Translations under genes and position numbers: made by a program
Shown: piece after piece, positions 29,692 to 39,987 of the stretch
Layout of the letters: the number at the start of each line of letters is the position of its first letter
Numbering within the stretch: position 1 is the first letter of the stretch
NCBI GenBank assembly: GCA_038523235.1
Contig: JBCBJQ010000002.1
Location: 119,293-183,292, forward strand
DNA: 64,000 nucleotides
Direction: 5' to 3'
DNA from: Cyanobacteria bacterium J06626_4
GTDB lineage: Bacteria > Cyanobacteriota > Cyanobacteriia > Phormidesmidales > Phormidesmidaceae
Notes under the pieces: model-generated
Told to the model about the DNA's origin: nothing
Seen by the model: the letters and a program-made list of their open reading frames with translations, nothing else
Databases searched by the model: none

Positions 29692-30420
29692 CTAGGCGTC
29701 GGCTGCTGGCCACAGGGAGGTGGTCTGCCGCAGGCTGCTGAAGTCGCCATTGCCAAGAATCAGATGATCCAAAATGGGAATGCCCAACAGCTGCGACGCC
29801 TCTAACAACTGCTGGGTGAGGCTGATATCTTCTGGGCTGGGGTCAAGATTGCCGCTAGGGTGATTGTGAGCAATGATGACTCGGGTAGCCCCCTGGCGAA
29901 TCACTTCTTTGAAAATATCGCGGGGATGGGCCAGCGTTTCTGTTGCGGTGCCAATGGTGATCACCTTCATCCCCAAAATGCGATGTTTGACATCCAGAAA
30001 GAGCACCGCAAACCGTTCTTGGGCCTGCCACATCAGCTCATGACTCATGGCGGCAGCGGCCACGCTAGGGTCATCGACCACCGTTTTTTCGGGCGGACGT
30101 GACTGCAAGACCCGTTTGCCCAGTTCGATCGCGGCCAAAATGCTGGTCGCTTTCGCTGGGCCGACCCCCGGTATCGTCATCAGCTCTTGAGCGGAGACCT
30201 CACGCATCACATTCATGGCATCGCGCTGATCGGCGCTTAGGCATTGCAAAATGTATTGTCCTAAGCCCACTGCCGACAGCTTGCCGGGGCCTTGGCCAGT
30301 GCCTAACAAAATGGCGATCAGTTCGGCGGTGGCCAGGGTTTTGGCACCCTGGGCCAGCAATCGCTCACGGGGGCGATCGCCCGCAGGCATGTCAGTTACC
30401 CGCACTTGGTAAGTCGTCAT
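29692..30420 (-). CDS. radC: RadC-family JAB domain protein
   Basis: RPRERLL, HhH GVGPAKA, HPRDIF and AHNHPSG..PSPED...LDHLI. ATG at 30420 is the likely start. Confidence 0.95.
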   Translation of the reverse strand: MTTYQVRVTDMPAGDRPRERLLAQGAKTLATAELIAILLGTGQGPGKLSAVGLGQYILQCLSADQRDAMNVMREVSAQELMTIPGVGPAKATSILAAIELGKRVLQSRPPEKTVVDDPSVAAAAMSHELMWQAQERFAVLFLDVKHRILGMKVITIGTATETLAHPRDIFKEVIRQGATRVIIAHNHPSGNLDPSPEDISLTQQLLEASQLLGIPILDHLILGNGDFSSLRQTTSLWPAADA

Positions 30421-30617
30421 AGCAGCACCCGAGTCGATAAAGTGAGAAGATTTCTTTGTTGGGACTGACCCATCGCCCTCTGGCATCTTCCAAATTTTGG
30501 GGAACGTTGCATCCGGTTTGCTTAAAATTGGGGGGAAAGGGGGCTGAAACTAGATGCAACTGTGTCAGTCCTGTCTGTACTCAGTAAGCCCAGGCCACTT
30601 GTGCCCATAACGTCGCC

Positions 30618-31055
30618 ATGACCGCCACCGATTCCAGTTCGATTGATGCCAGTGCCATCGATTACCGAGCCCTTAAAAAGCAGTTGGCGCCGTTCAGCCG
30701 GTTAGAAACGCCGCCAGTGCTCTCTGATGCTGAAAGCGCGGACGTGCGGGCGGCTCTCAAGCACTTCAATGAGGCCGCTGACTATGAGACCTTGGGCGTC
30801 TGCGCCGATACGTTGGCGGTGGGGCAGGCGGCGATCGAAGCCTATGTCGCGGCCTTGAGTCGCCCGATTCAGCTTGACCTCGACCCGCGCAGCGGCCCCG
30901 TCTATCTGAAGTTCAATACGCTCAAAGGGGCCTGGTACTTAGACGATTATGTTGGCACTGCGAGGGGCGTTTTGATTTCATTTCACGCTTCTGAGCCTGA
31001 AGTCGACGTCATCAACGGCACCTATGGGCCGTTTCCGTTTGATTTGTTTGGCTAG
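30618..31055 (+). CDS. DUF1824-family protein
   Basis: LGVCAD, GPVYLKFN, Y.G..RGVLIS and TYGPFPFDLF. Confidence 0.8.
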   Translation: MTATDSSSIDASAIDYRALKKQLAPFSRLETPPVLSDAESADVRAALKHFNEAADYETLGVCADTLAVGQAAIEAYVAALSRPIQLDLDPRSGPVYLKFNTLKGAWYLDDYVGTARGVLISFHASEPEVDVINGTYGPFPFDLFG

Positions 31056-31398
31056 GTTTGAGCAGTCAAGGTGGTTGCTCGCAACCGAATATCCGGAGGG
31101 GCGGGTGCCTGATAGTGATGAAATCCAGGTTCCAGCCAAACTTGCCCCGACTGTACCGGCATATGCTTGCCCGACAATCGCCTCAGTGAGCCAACGCCCC
31201 CCCTGCACTCGGCGTGACAGTTGATGAGCTGGCTGAGCCAGGTAAGTAATAGAGCGGCCTGACATCCGTGAATCTTCAGATTGTTGTGCCACCCGCTATG
31301 ACAGCTTGGGTAGTGTCTTGGGGGCGCGATCGCCTAGAAACCGACACGATAGAACGGTATTCGTAGTCAGGTTTGTTGAAGTGTCTGAAAATCGCGTT

Positions 31399-31542
31399 AT
31401 GAACCAGCAAAAGCACTGCCCCAAATGTGGGGAAACGAAACTTAAGCGCATCCAGGTGCGGGGCATCAAGAAATGCAGCAGTTGTGGCACATTTGTTGAT
31501 CTTCGCCAGGGCACCTGGTGGCGCAAACTATTGTCTGCCTGA
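31399..31542 (+). CDS. Small zinc-ribbon protein (47 aa)
   Basis: CPKCG...CSSCG double CxxC; ATG at 31399. Confidence 0.6.
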   Translation: MNQQKHCPKCGETKLKRIQVRGIKKCSSCGTFVDLRQGTWWRKLLSA

Positions 31543-31812
31543 CGATCGCGATCGCCGGTTATTGCCAACTTGATTAGAGATACACATTGAAAGGTTTGTA
31601 GAGATGAATGGCTATCTGTTTCGGCAGATAGCTTTTTTTATGCTCTCGTTTTAAGGTCAAAAGAATGAACGATTTACTCCGGCTGGAAAACTAAAAATAA
31701 CCCGCAGAAATGGCGGTTGTGGGTTTTCTCTCGACAGGATGTGGATAAAAATTGAGAAGGCTGCTCCGATTGTTGTGGGTAGCCGCTGGAAATCTAGCAA
31801 GGAACGCCGGAT

Positions 31813-32214
31813 ATGCTCACGATCGCCGACATTATGACCACCACCGTGCAGGTGATTGATCGCCTGGCCACCGTCGCGGATGCGATTGTGCAAATGCAGA
31901 CCCATGGCGTGCGATCGCTGATTGTAGATCGGCCTTCGCCAGAGATGCCCTACGGCGTTTTGACTGAACGCGACGTGGTTTACAAAGTCTTTGCCCGCAA
32001 GTTGGAACCAGCGCGGGTGATTGTGCAAGACATCATGCGCCAGCCCTGTATCGCGGTTGAGCCCCATATGACCTTGAGAGAAGCGGCCTTGCTGATGTCT
32101 GATGCAGGCATTCAGCGGGCACCGGTCATCAAAGATGGCGAATTGCTGGGCATTGTGTCGGTGACGGATCTGGTGATGAAAGGCTATGTGGCCAGCACGG
32201 TATTGCCGAACTGA
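31813..32214 (+). CDS. CBS domain pair protein
   Basis: IADIMTT..YGVLTERD..VQDIM..LLGIVSVTDL; SD AAGGA upstream. Confidence 0.9.
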   Translation: MLTIADIMTTTVQVIDRLATVADAIVQMQTHGVRSLIVDRPSPEMPYGVLTERDVVYKVFARKLEPARVIVQDIMRQPCIAVEPHMTLREAALLMSDAGIQRAPVIKDGELLGIVSVTDLVMKGYVASTVLPN

Positions 32215-32306
32215 GCGATCGCCGGTGATTGCCATACCCACGCGCCAGCCTGACGGTTTATAACAACTCTGGCCTTTTCAGTCTCTAGCCTCTTTATGCT
32301 GGAGGC

Positions 32307-33533
32307 ATGAGCATTGGTGGTTGTGAGGAGAGCAGTGTCGTAGTGAAGCGGGTAATTAGACCACTACAAAAAATCTGGCAGCGATTTATCGTTAGTGAAG
32401 CGCAAATTGCGGGTCACCTGGAGGCAATTCGGGCACAGCTGCCGACGACAGAAGTGATTTTGATCGGCAAGCCCCAGGCCGGTAAAAGTTCGATTGTGCG
32501 CGGCATGACCGGCCAGCCCGCAGACATCGTCGGGCAAGGGTTCAAGCCCCATACCCGCAGCACTCAGCAATACCCGTATCCCGCTGCGGATCTGCCGCTG
32601 CTCATCTTTACCGACACGGTGGGATTGGGCGATGTTGAGCGCCAGACCCAAGAGATTGTGGCAGATCTGACCCAAACGCTTCAGGCTGATGCCGGGCGAT
32701 CGCGCCTTTTTGTGCTGACGGTGAAGATTACGGACTTTGCCAACGACAGTCTGCGTCAAGTGATCTCTGAACTCAAGCAAGCGTTTCCCCTGATTCCCTG
32801 CATTCTGGCGCTGACCTGCCTGCACGAACTCTACGCCACCCCCACGGATGACCATCCCGACTATCCGCCCCAATTTGAAGCCATTACCCGTGCCGCCGAA
32901 ACCACTGAAGCGAATTTTGGGGCGCTGTGCGATCGCAGGCTGCTGCTGGACTTCACGCTCGAAGAAGACGGCTACGAGCCCACATTTTATGGATTAGAGG
33001 CGCTGCGGGAGGCGCTGGACGACCTGCTGCCCCAAGCCCAAGCTCAGGCTATTCACCAACTGTTGGAAACCGATGAACGCGGCAAAGCGATCGGCGATTT
33101 GTATCGCCGGGTGGCCCGCCATTACATCAGTGCCTTTGCGGTCATGGCGGGCATTGCGGCGGCTGTACCGCTGCCCTTTGCCACCATGCCGGTCTTGACC
33201 AGTCTGCAGGTGTCAATGGTGGTGGCGTTGGGGCGGGTTTATAACCAAACGCTTACCTTCGGTCAAGCCCTCGGGGTAATTGGCACGCTAGCGGGGGGCT
33301 TTTTCGCCCAGGCGATTGGCCGTGAACTGGTGAAATTTATTCCAGGCATTGGCAGCGTGGTGGCGACCTCTTGGGCCGTGGCCTATACCTGGGCTTTAGG
33401 CGAGGGTGCTTGCGTCTACTTTGGTGATCTGATGACGGGCAAGGTGCCCGATCCCGAGGCCATTCAAGACCTGATGGGAGCCGCCTTTAAACAAGCCGAG
33501 CAAGATTGGCGCGAGGCTCAGCCAGATGATTAG
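32307..33533 (+). CDS. Era-like GTPase with DUF697/YcjF-like C-terminus
   Basis: GKPQAGKSS, DTVG and AAVPLPFATMPVL. Confidence 0.82.
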   Translation: MSIGGCEESSVVVKRVIRPLQKIWQRFIVSEAQIAGHLEAIRAQLPTTEVILIGKPQAGKSSIVRGMTGQPADIVGQGFKPHTRSTQQYPYPAADLPLLIFTDTVGLGDVERQTQEIVADLTQTLQADAGRSRLFVLTVKITDFANDSLRQVISELKQAFPLIPCILALTCLHELYATPTDDHPDYPPQFEAITRAAETTEANFGALCDRRLLLDFTLEEDGYEPTFYGLEALREALDDLLPQAQAQAIHQLLETDERGKAIGDLYRRVARHYISAFAVMAGIAAAVPLPFATMPVLTSLQVSMVVALGRVYNQTLTFGQALGVIGTLAGGFFAQAIGRELVKFIPGIGSVVATSWAVAYTWALGEGACVYFGDLMTGKVPDPEAIQDLMGAAFKQAEQDWREAQPDD

Positions 33534-33653
33534 TCCTGCCTGGCGGCAGTCTCCCGCCCCTTGGGCTGTGACCGCCCTTAAACCCAAATCCTTAAACCTT
33601 AAACCCGAGTCCGTGCCGCAAACTCATTGCTGAATGCAGAGGCCTGTTTCCTA

Positions 33654-35627
33654 ATGTTGAAGCTCAAACGTTGGCAATGGACGGTGTTAGCGATCCCACC
33701 GCTAACGCTGTTCATCGGTCTCTTGATTCTCTCAGGCCTGCAGCTGCAGCAATGGGGCCTGAGTTGGGTCTGGGCGCTGGTGGCGATCGCCGCCGTTGGC
33801 TGGCGTTGGGGCTTTAGCCAGTGGACCAAATCCAACCCCGTGGCCCTGGAGCAAAAGCTGTCGGACGTGCGATCGCAGCTACAAGATACCCTGGCCGAAA
33901 CTGCTCAGCAAGTGCCGCCTGACCACGTAGAAACGGTGCTGCGTCAAACCCTTGAAGCCGCTCAGGCCGATCCGCCCATTTGGGAAGATTGGGCCAGCTT
34001 TGCCCAGCGCTGCCAGACGCTGATTCGCGATATTGCCCATCTCTATCATCCCGAGGTGAAATATCCCCTGCTCAATATTTATGTGCCCCAGGCTTACGGC
34101 TTGATTCGGGGCACGGTGGATGACTTGGATCGCTATATGCGCGTGGCGGCTCCGGCGTTGAACCAGGTCAGCGTTGCTCAGGTTTACCAAACCTACGAAA
34201 CCTATCAGGCACTAGAGAGGCCCCTGCGGCGATTAGGGACGGTGCTGGATCTGAGTCGCTGGCTTTGGAATCCGATTGGGGCGGTGATCCGAGAAGTGGG
34301 ACGGCCCCTCGGGAACCAGGCTAATCAGCAACTGGTGGCCAATTTTGATCAGACCTTGCGAGAAACGGCGCTAACGATTTTGTGCAAGCAGGCGATCGCC
34401 CTCTATGGCGGCATCACCGCACTCGATTTTGTCCAAGCTGCCCCTGACTCGGCTCAAAGTAAAAGTCTGCGGGCTCTGATGGAAGCGGCTGACTCACCCC
34501 AGGCGATCGCTGCAGAGCCGATTAATTTGCTGCTGGTGGGTCGCACCGGAGCAGGTAAAAGTAGTCTGATCAACACCCTGTTTCAGCAAGATCGGGCCGA
34601 GGTCGATGTACTGCCCAGCACCGATCAGATTGCCAGCTATCGGTGGGAAACTACCACGGAAGAGGCCTTGGTGCTGTGGGACAGTCCCGGTTATGAGCAG
34701 GTCGATCGCACCAACTTTCGGCAACAGGTGTTGGCCCAGGCGGCTCAAGCGGATGTGCTGCTGCTAGTGAATCCGGCCCTCGATCCAGCCCTCGAAGCCG
34801 ACCTTGACTTCTTAAAAGATCTGGCGCGTGAAGGCCAGGAGATTCCCACCTTGCTGGTCGTGACTCAGGTTGACCGCCTACGTCCCGTGCGCGAGTGGGC
34901 ACCGCCTTACAACTGGCAGCAGGGCGATCGCCCCAAAGAGCGCAACATTCGGGCGGCGGTGGACTATCGGCAAGAGCAGATGGGGGACTGGGTGCAACAA
35001 ATTTTGCCGCTGGTGACCCAGTCAGATACCGAGGACCGCAATGCCTGGGGCAGCGATGCTCTGGCCACCCAACTGGTTGAGGCGATCGCGCCCGCTAAAT
35101 CCCAACGGCTGGCCCAGTTTCTCCGCAGTCGCGAAGCCCGCATCACCGCCGCCTTGCGCCTGATCGAACGCTATGCCCTACAAATGAGTAGCAGTCAGGG
35201 CATTGTGGCGCTGGTCAAAACGCCGCTATTTACCTTTTTATCGGCGCGCTTCACCGGCACGCCGGAACTGGGCACCTTACTGGCCCAGTCGCTGCCTGCC
35301 GAACAGGTGCCGGTGATCGCCAGCAAAATGATGCTGACCTATGAGCTTGCAGCGTTGCTCAACGAGCAGGGCACCCTCTTTCGACCCGGCGAAATTCTCA
35401 AGTTGTGGCCCATTTTGGTGCAAAACAGCGATCGCGCCCCGGCTCAAAACGCTTGGGCCTGGGGACAAGCGCTGGTGGAATATTGGACGAAAGATCTCTC
35501 AGTCAATGCCCTCAAATCTCGCTTCGCTGACTATCTGGAGGCGTCGCAGGCCATGCCTACTGCCCTTCAAGCGGCGACTGAAGATGCCTCTATTTCCAGT
35601 AAAGGCTTAGATGAAGCCTTACCTTAA
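33654..35627 (+). CDS. Membrane-anchored Era-like GTPase family protein
   Basis: Two N-terminal TM helices, GRTGAGKSS, DSPG and TQVD. Confidence 0.82.
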   Translation: MLKLKRWQWTVLAIPPLTLFIGLLILSGLQLQQWGLSWVWALVAIAAVGWRWGFSQWTKSNPVALEQKLSDVRSQLQDTLAETAQQVPPDHVETVLRQTLEAAQADPPIWEDWASFAQRCQTLIRDIAHLYHPEVKYPLLNIYVPQAYGLIRGTVDDLDRYMRVAAPALNQVSVAQVYQTYETYQALERPLRRLGTVLDLSRWLWNPIGAVIREVGRPLGNQANQQLVANFDQTLRETALTILCKQAIALYGGITALDFVQAAPDSAQSKSLRALMEAADSPQAIAAEPINLLLVGRTGAGKSSLINTLFQQDRAEVDVLPSTDQIASYRWETTTEEALVLWDSPGYEQVDRTNFRQQVLAQAAQADVLLLVNPALDPALEADLDFLKDLAREGQEIPTLLVVTQVDRLRPVREWAPPYNWQQGDRPKERNIRAAVDYRQEQMGDWVQQILPLVTQSDTEDRNAWGSDALATQLVEAIAPAKSQRLAQFLRSREARITAALRLIERYALQMSSSQGIVALVKTPLFTFLSARFTGTPELGTLLAQSLPAEQVPVIASKMMLTYELAALLNEQGTLFRPGEILKLWPILVQNSDRAPAQNAWAWGQALVEYWTKDLSVNALKSRFADYLEASQAMPTALQAATEDASISSKGLDEALP

Positions 35628-35836
35628 ATCGCAGCAGCTTTCACTCCTGAAGTGAAAGTGATCGCCCCTCCCATGGCGCCAGATACAAAACGCCATGATT
35701 CAACACGGTAATTGTTGCTAGCGCGATCAAACGTTAAAGCTTTTCAAGAAGGGTTTACTCGCGCTCGTGGCGCAGGTTCATTTTTTTATACTGAACGGGT
35801 ATTGCAAAACCGTGCAAATGCCTGGAGGGCAGAGCC

Positions 35837-36037
35837 ATGAGCCATACTTACGAAGCTTTCGTAGACATCAAAGAATACGCCAGCAGCCAAGGTCTTTCCC
35901 CGTTAATTTACACAGAGCGTTACGAAGTTAGTGCCTTGTCTCCTCAAGAGGCAGACGAAGTAGCCCTGTCTAAAGCCACGGGCATCCACCCCAAAGCGAC
36001 AGAATTTGATATCCGAGTTACCCGCCTGCTCAAATAG
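35837..36037 (+). CDS. Small hypothetical protein (66 aa)
   Basis: SD GGAGG upstream; protein-like composition. Confidence 0.65.
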   Translation: MSHTYEAFVDIKEYASSQGLSPLIYTERYEVSALSPQEADEVALSKATGIHPKATEFDIRVTRLLK

Positions 36038-36203
36038 TTGATGTCGAGCTTTTGCCAATGGCTGGCTGAGCGTCAGCGGCTTGCATCGGCGTCATTTTGG
36101 GTGAGTCGATCAGTCGTTAGGGATGTGAATACGGCCATGGTCCCCATCGCTGAGCAGGGTGAATGACCATTTGCCCTGCCTCGCTTACTTAGGTGACCAG
36201 AGG

Positions 36204-36476
36204 TTAAGCTTGCTCAGCATTCCTCTTCTCAGCATCTCTGAGGAAGAGTTTGCGGCCCCGCAGGGTGGATTCGGCATGAATCTGCTCCGCGGTGTGAAAC
36301 GTGAAGCGGCGATCGCCCCGATGCTTCACCCATTCTTGCTGGATGGTCGGGTCGGGAAATTTACCTTGTTCGAGTTGGCTCATCATCTTGGGCCAACGCG
36401 TCTTCAAATGCCTGACCTCGCCAACATAGAGCTGTATGTTGCCAAAGTTGGCGACGGCGTAGATTCCAGAGGCCAT
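36204..36476 (-). CDS. Small GIY-YIG-like domain protein
   Basis: SGIY...LYVGE..LKTRW. Confidence 0.7.
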   Translation of the reverse strand: MASGIYAVANFGNIQLYVGEVRHLKTRWPKMMSQLEQGKFPDPTIQQEWVKHRGDRRFTFHTAEQIHAESTLRGRKLFLRDAEKRNAEQA

Positions 36477-36587
36477 AACCTCGACTCATCGCTAAATTTT
36501 TCATAAGCATGCCCTAGGACGGCTAATAATGCCACTCTTCAAACCAGCACCAATTTCTTACCTGGCCGAGAACGCGACAATGAGTGG

Positions 36588-38702
36588 CTATGAGCCGATG
36601 TTCTTGGCATTTGTAAAAGAATATTGATGCGGGACGGGTAGCTGACGCGATAAAGCGGCGGCGATCGCAGTGCCCCCAAAAACGGCGCTGGCAGGCAGCA
36701 GGGGGAGCCAACCCTCAGCCATAAAGATGACTGCTGGGATGCCCACTAAGGCCAAGCTGCCGCCGACCAAGCCCAGACTAAACACCCAGCGCCGTTTGAC
36801 TGTTCCCCCTAAAATGGTGCCGCCGACGGCCCAGAGACCGATCCAAACCAGTTCGCCGATTTCTGGTAAGGCCCAGCGGAGCGGACGTTCATCTAGGGCA
36901 GCGGTAATAATCTGGCTGGTCGCCTGGGCATGCAACATCACCCCCGGCATCAAAAAATCGGCCTCAGCCCCCGCGCTGTAGGGCGTGAGAAAGAGATCCT
37001 TCGCAGAGGCAGCGGTTGTGCCAATTAGCACAATGCGATCGCGCACCATCTCCGCGCTAAAATTGCCCGCCAGGACAGTACTTAAGCTGAGCTGTGGCAC
37101 GGCGGCATCTGCAGCACGATACTGCAGCATGAGCTGATAGCCCGCCGTATCGGCGCGACGATAGCCGCCAAACTGGGGAGCGAGCGGCGTGAGCGTTGTG
37201 CCGTTAAGCGTGAGGTGATCGACTTGCGCTTCACTGGCCAAGGGCAGAATGCCTTCGGGCTCAAGATAGGCCAGCGCTAACCGTAGTGCTAACGACTGCA
37301 GCACCTCCGTCTCAGAACGTTCATCCGCTGAGGCTAGCAGCAGGCTGCGTCGCACGACGCCATCATCATCCACTGGAAACTCATTGAAACCGACCCGTTC
37401 CGGGGGCAGGCCAGGTGGGGCCGGAATCGCCTCCGCCGATTGATCGTCGAGCTGCCGAATGGTGATGATGTTGTCCGCGGCTAGCGTTTCCAACAGTGCT
37501 GCTTGCCCTTCCCCTTGGGGAATGTCGCGATAGAGGTCGAGCCCAATCAAGCGAGGATTGTAGGCCTGCAGCGTTTGAATCGCTTGACTCAAGATGGCGT
37601 CGCTGGGGGTACTTTGCTGCAGGGTCTTGAGGTCGGCTTCGGTGATTTCGACCACGAGCAGGCGATCGTCCGGCGGCAGCGCCGGCTGCCACTGGGTCCA
37701 TCGGTCATAGAGCATTAGCTCTAACGGAGCCCAACCGCCTAGCTGACGGATCACCAGCACTGCCGCGGTCACGAGCAGAGGCCCAAGTGCCTGGCTCAGC
37801 CGGCGGCGAGTGGCTGGTTGAGTCGGCGGTAGCAGCGTTTTGAGCTGAGTTTCCGGCAGGTCGGGGGGGGGCGGGGCGGCCAGGGTGTCGAGTTGGGCCA
37901 AATCAGCAAGGGCCGCTGCCGCCGAGGGATAGCGCTGGTAGACCGAGGCTTCGGTGAGCCGCTGTAAAAACCGCCTTAACCCTGGACTCACCGTCGGGGC
38001 GGCAGACTCCCAGAGCAGTTCGCCGGTGTCACGATTTTCGGGCAGGTCAGTCGGTGATCGCCCGGTGAGGCCGCGAATCACCGTCATGCCTAAGGAGTAT
38101 AGGTCGCTGCTGTAGCGGGGCCGACCGGCCATTTGCTCGGGGGCCGCATAGCCCTGGGTGCCAATGCTGACAGTCAGCTGCTCGCTACCCGCGGTATAAA
38201 ACTCAGTGGTGATGGCCTTGACTGCCCCAAAGTCGATCAGCATGAAGCGGCCATCGGCATGGCGGCGCATCAGGTTGCTGGGCTTGATGTCACGATGCAC
38301 GACTTCTTGCTCATGGATGAACGCCAGAATCGGCAAGATATCTTCGAGCAACGCAATGATTTCTGCCTCGGTATACCGGGGATGCTGTCTGAATAGAGTG
38401 CTCAGCGAATTGCCGTCGATGAATTCTTGAACGAGATAAAACTCTCCCTCTGATTCAAAGGCATCTAACAGGCTAGGAATGCGATCGTGGGTGCCCAAGC
38501 GCTGCAGCGCCGCAGCTTCTGATTCAAACAGACGGCGAGCAGTGGTCAAAAATTCGGGTTCTGCTTTAACCGGTGTCAAATGCTTGATCACACAGTGCAC
38601 GGAGTCCTGTTGGCAATCTACCGCCAAGTAGGTTTTGGCAAAGCCGCCTTGCCCCAACGGTTTCAGCAGCTGGTACCGTGATCGCAACAGTTTTTCTATC
38701 AT
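36588..38702 (-). CDS. Ser/Thr protein kinase with C-terminal CHASE2 sensor domain
   Basis: LGQGGFAKTY, HRDIKPSN, DFG and APE; a TM helix; CHASE2 motifs (LLVVEITEAD, IGLDLYRD, DDDGVVRR, DRIVLIG, MPGVMLHA); 3 further TM helices. Confidence 0.92.
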   Translation of the reverse strand: MIEKLLRSRYQLLKPLGQGGFAKTYLAVDCQQDSVHCVIKHLTPVKAEPEFLTTARRLFESEAAALQRLGTHDRIPSLLDAFESEGEFYLVQEFIDGNSLSTLFRQHPRYTEAEIIALLEDILPILAFIHEQEVVHRDIKPSNLMRRHADGRFMLIDFGAVKAITTEFYTAGSEQLTVSIGTQGYAAPEQMAGRPRYSSDLYSLGMTVIRGLTGRSPTDLPENRDTGELLWESAAPTVSPGLRRFLQRLTEASVYQRYPSAAAALADLAQLDTLAAPPPPDLPETQLKTLLPPTQPATRRRLSQALGPLLVTAAVLVIRQLGGWAPLELMLYDRWTQWQPALPPDDRLLVVEITEADLKTLQQSTPSDAILSQAIQTLQAYNPRLIGLDLYRDIPQGEGQAALLETLAADNIITIRQLDDQSAEAIPAPPGLPPERVGFNEFPVDDDGVVRRSLLLASADERSETEVLQSLALRLALAYLEPEGILPLASEAQVDHLTLNGTTLTPLAPQFGGYRRADTAGYQLMLQYRAADAAVPQLSLSTVLAGNFSAEMVRDRIVLIGTTAASAKDLFLTPYSAGAEADFLMPGVMLHAQATSQIITAALDERPLRWALPEIGELVWIGLWAVGGTILGGTVKRRWVFSLGLVGGSLALVGIPAVIFMAEGWLPLLPASAVFGGTAIAAALSRQLPVPHQYSFTNAKNIGS

Positions 38703-39029
38703 GAACCAACGCTCACCAACGATGCGGGGCAAACTTGCCCCCTTCTAGCCCGTTTACGCACCGGGCAGCCGTGGCCACAGTCATAGTGGACGCCAAAGCC
38801 TTTTCTAACGTAGACGGCCATGGTTGATTTATCCTAACTGGCGATTTCCTCTATTCTCTATCCCAGGGGCACGACGCCGGATCAGTAGATGTTTTATCCT
38901 AATAAAGACTGATGAAGCGTGCTCTGTTTATCTATTGCCCAATGGCGAAACCGATCGCGTCTTCGATCTGCAATTTTGCTCCGGTAGAAAAACTGGTCTG
39001 GTTTCTGCCTACACCGATATTGACAACGC

Positions 39030-39869
39030 ATGCTGGATCGCTTACTCGACCTCTCTACCAACTTTGGCATCGACACCCTGTTGCTGTTGCCAGTGCTCAT
39101 CGCGCTGGAAGCTGTTCTGTCTGCTGATAACGCGATCGCGCTGGCCGCGATCGCCCAAGGGCTAGAGGCTGAAAAGCAGCAACAGCAAGCGCTCAACATC
39201 GGCCTAGTCGCGGCTTTTATTCTGCGAATGTCGCTGATTTTGACGGCCTCATGGGTGCTGCAGTTTTGGCAGTTTGAGGTGGCCGGAGCAGGCTATCTGT
39301 TATGGCTGGTCTACCAACATTTTACGGCAGATGAAGACGCCGCCCATCACCACCATGGCCCGCGATTTGCCACCGTCTGGCAGGCGATTCCCACGATCGC
39401 GCTGACGGATCTGGCCTTTTCATTAGATAGCGTTACCACTGCGATCGCCCTCTCGCGTGATGTTTGGGTCGTGCTGCTGGGCGGCACCATTGGCATTATC
39501 ACGCTGCGCTTCATGGCTCAGCTCTTTATCCGCTGGCTCGATGAGTATGAGTATTTAGAAGATGCAGGCTTCATTACCGTTGCTTTTGTCGGGATTCGCC
39601 TGTTGCTGCGAGTGGTCAACGACAGTTGGGTACCGCCTCAGTGGTTGATGGTTGGGCTCATTGCGGCAATTTTTGCCTGGGGCTTTTCCAAAAAGACCGC
39701 TCCACCAGCGTCGGCAGATGCAGTGTCCACTCCTGAAGATACTGGTGCTGAATCCGCAGACTTAGTGCCGACACCGGAGCTGGAGCCGAGCCAGTCAGCA
39801 ATCTTAACCGAACCGCGCCAGCCCGCTGGTATTGCCACTGCAGAGAGCGAACCGCAAGGCATTGAGTAG
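39030..39869 (+). CDS. TerC-family membrane protein
   Basis: LEAVLSADNA and DLAFSLDSV. Confidence 0.92.
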   Translation: MLDRLLDLSTNFGIDTLLLLPVLIALEAVLSADNAIALAAIAQGLEAEKQQQQALNIGLVAAFILRMSLILTASWVLQFWQFEVAGAGYLLWLVYQHFTADEDAAHHHHGPRFATVWQAIPTIALTDLAFSLDSVTTAIALSRDVWVVLLGGTIGIITLRFMAQLFIRWLDEYEYLEDAGFITVAFVGIRLLLRVVNDSWVPPQWLMVGLIAAIFAWGFSKKTAPPASADAVSTPEDTGAESADLVPTPELEPSQSAILTEPRQPAGIATAESEPQGIE

Positions 39870-39987
39870 GAGTTTGGTAATGCCAAGTCAAATCCTTGCC
39901 GTCGGGGATGCTATTTTGGGGCGATGCCTTGAAGGGCAAGTTCAGGCTGCATTTGGTTTACTGTGACTGTACCCCTGCTGGTATCGA

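Noticed and set aside
29692..30420. radC as a marker of a mobile element
   Set aside because: It is the full-length chromosomal form with an HhH domain, among core genes.
31657..32241. 194-aa minus-strand ORF
   Set aside because: Antisense to the CBS gene.
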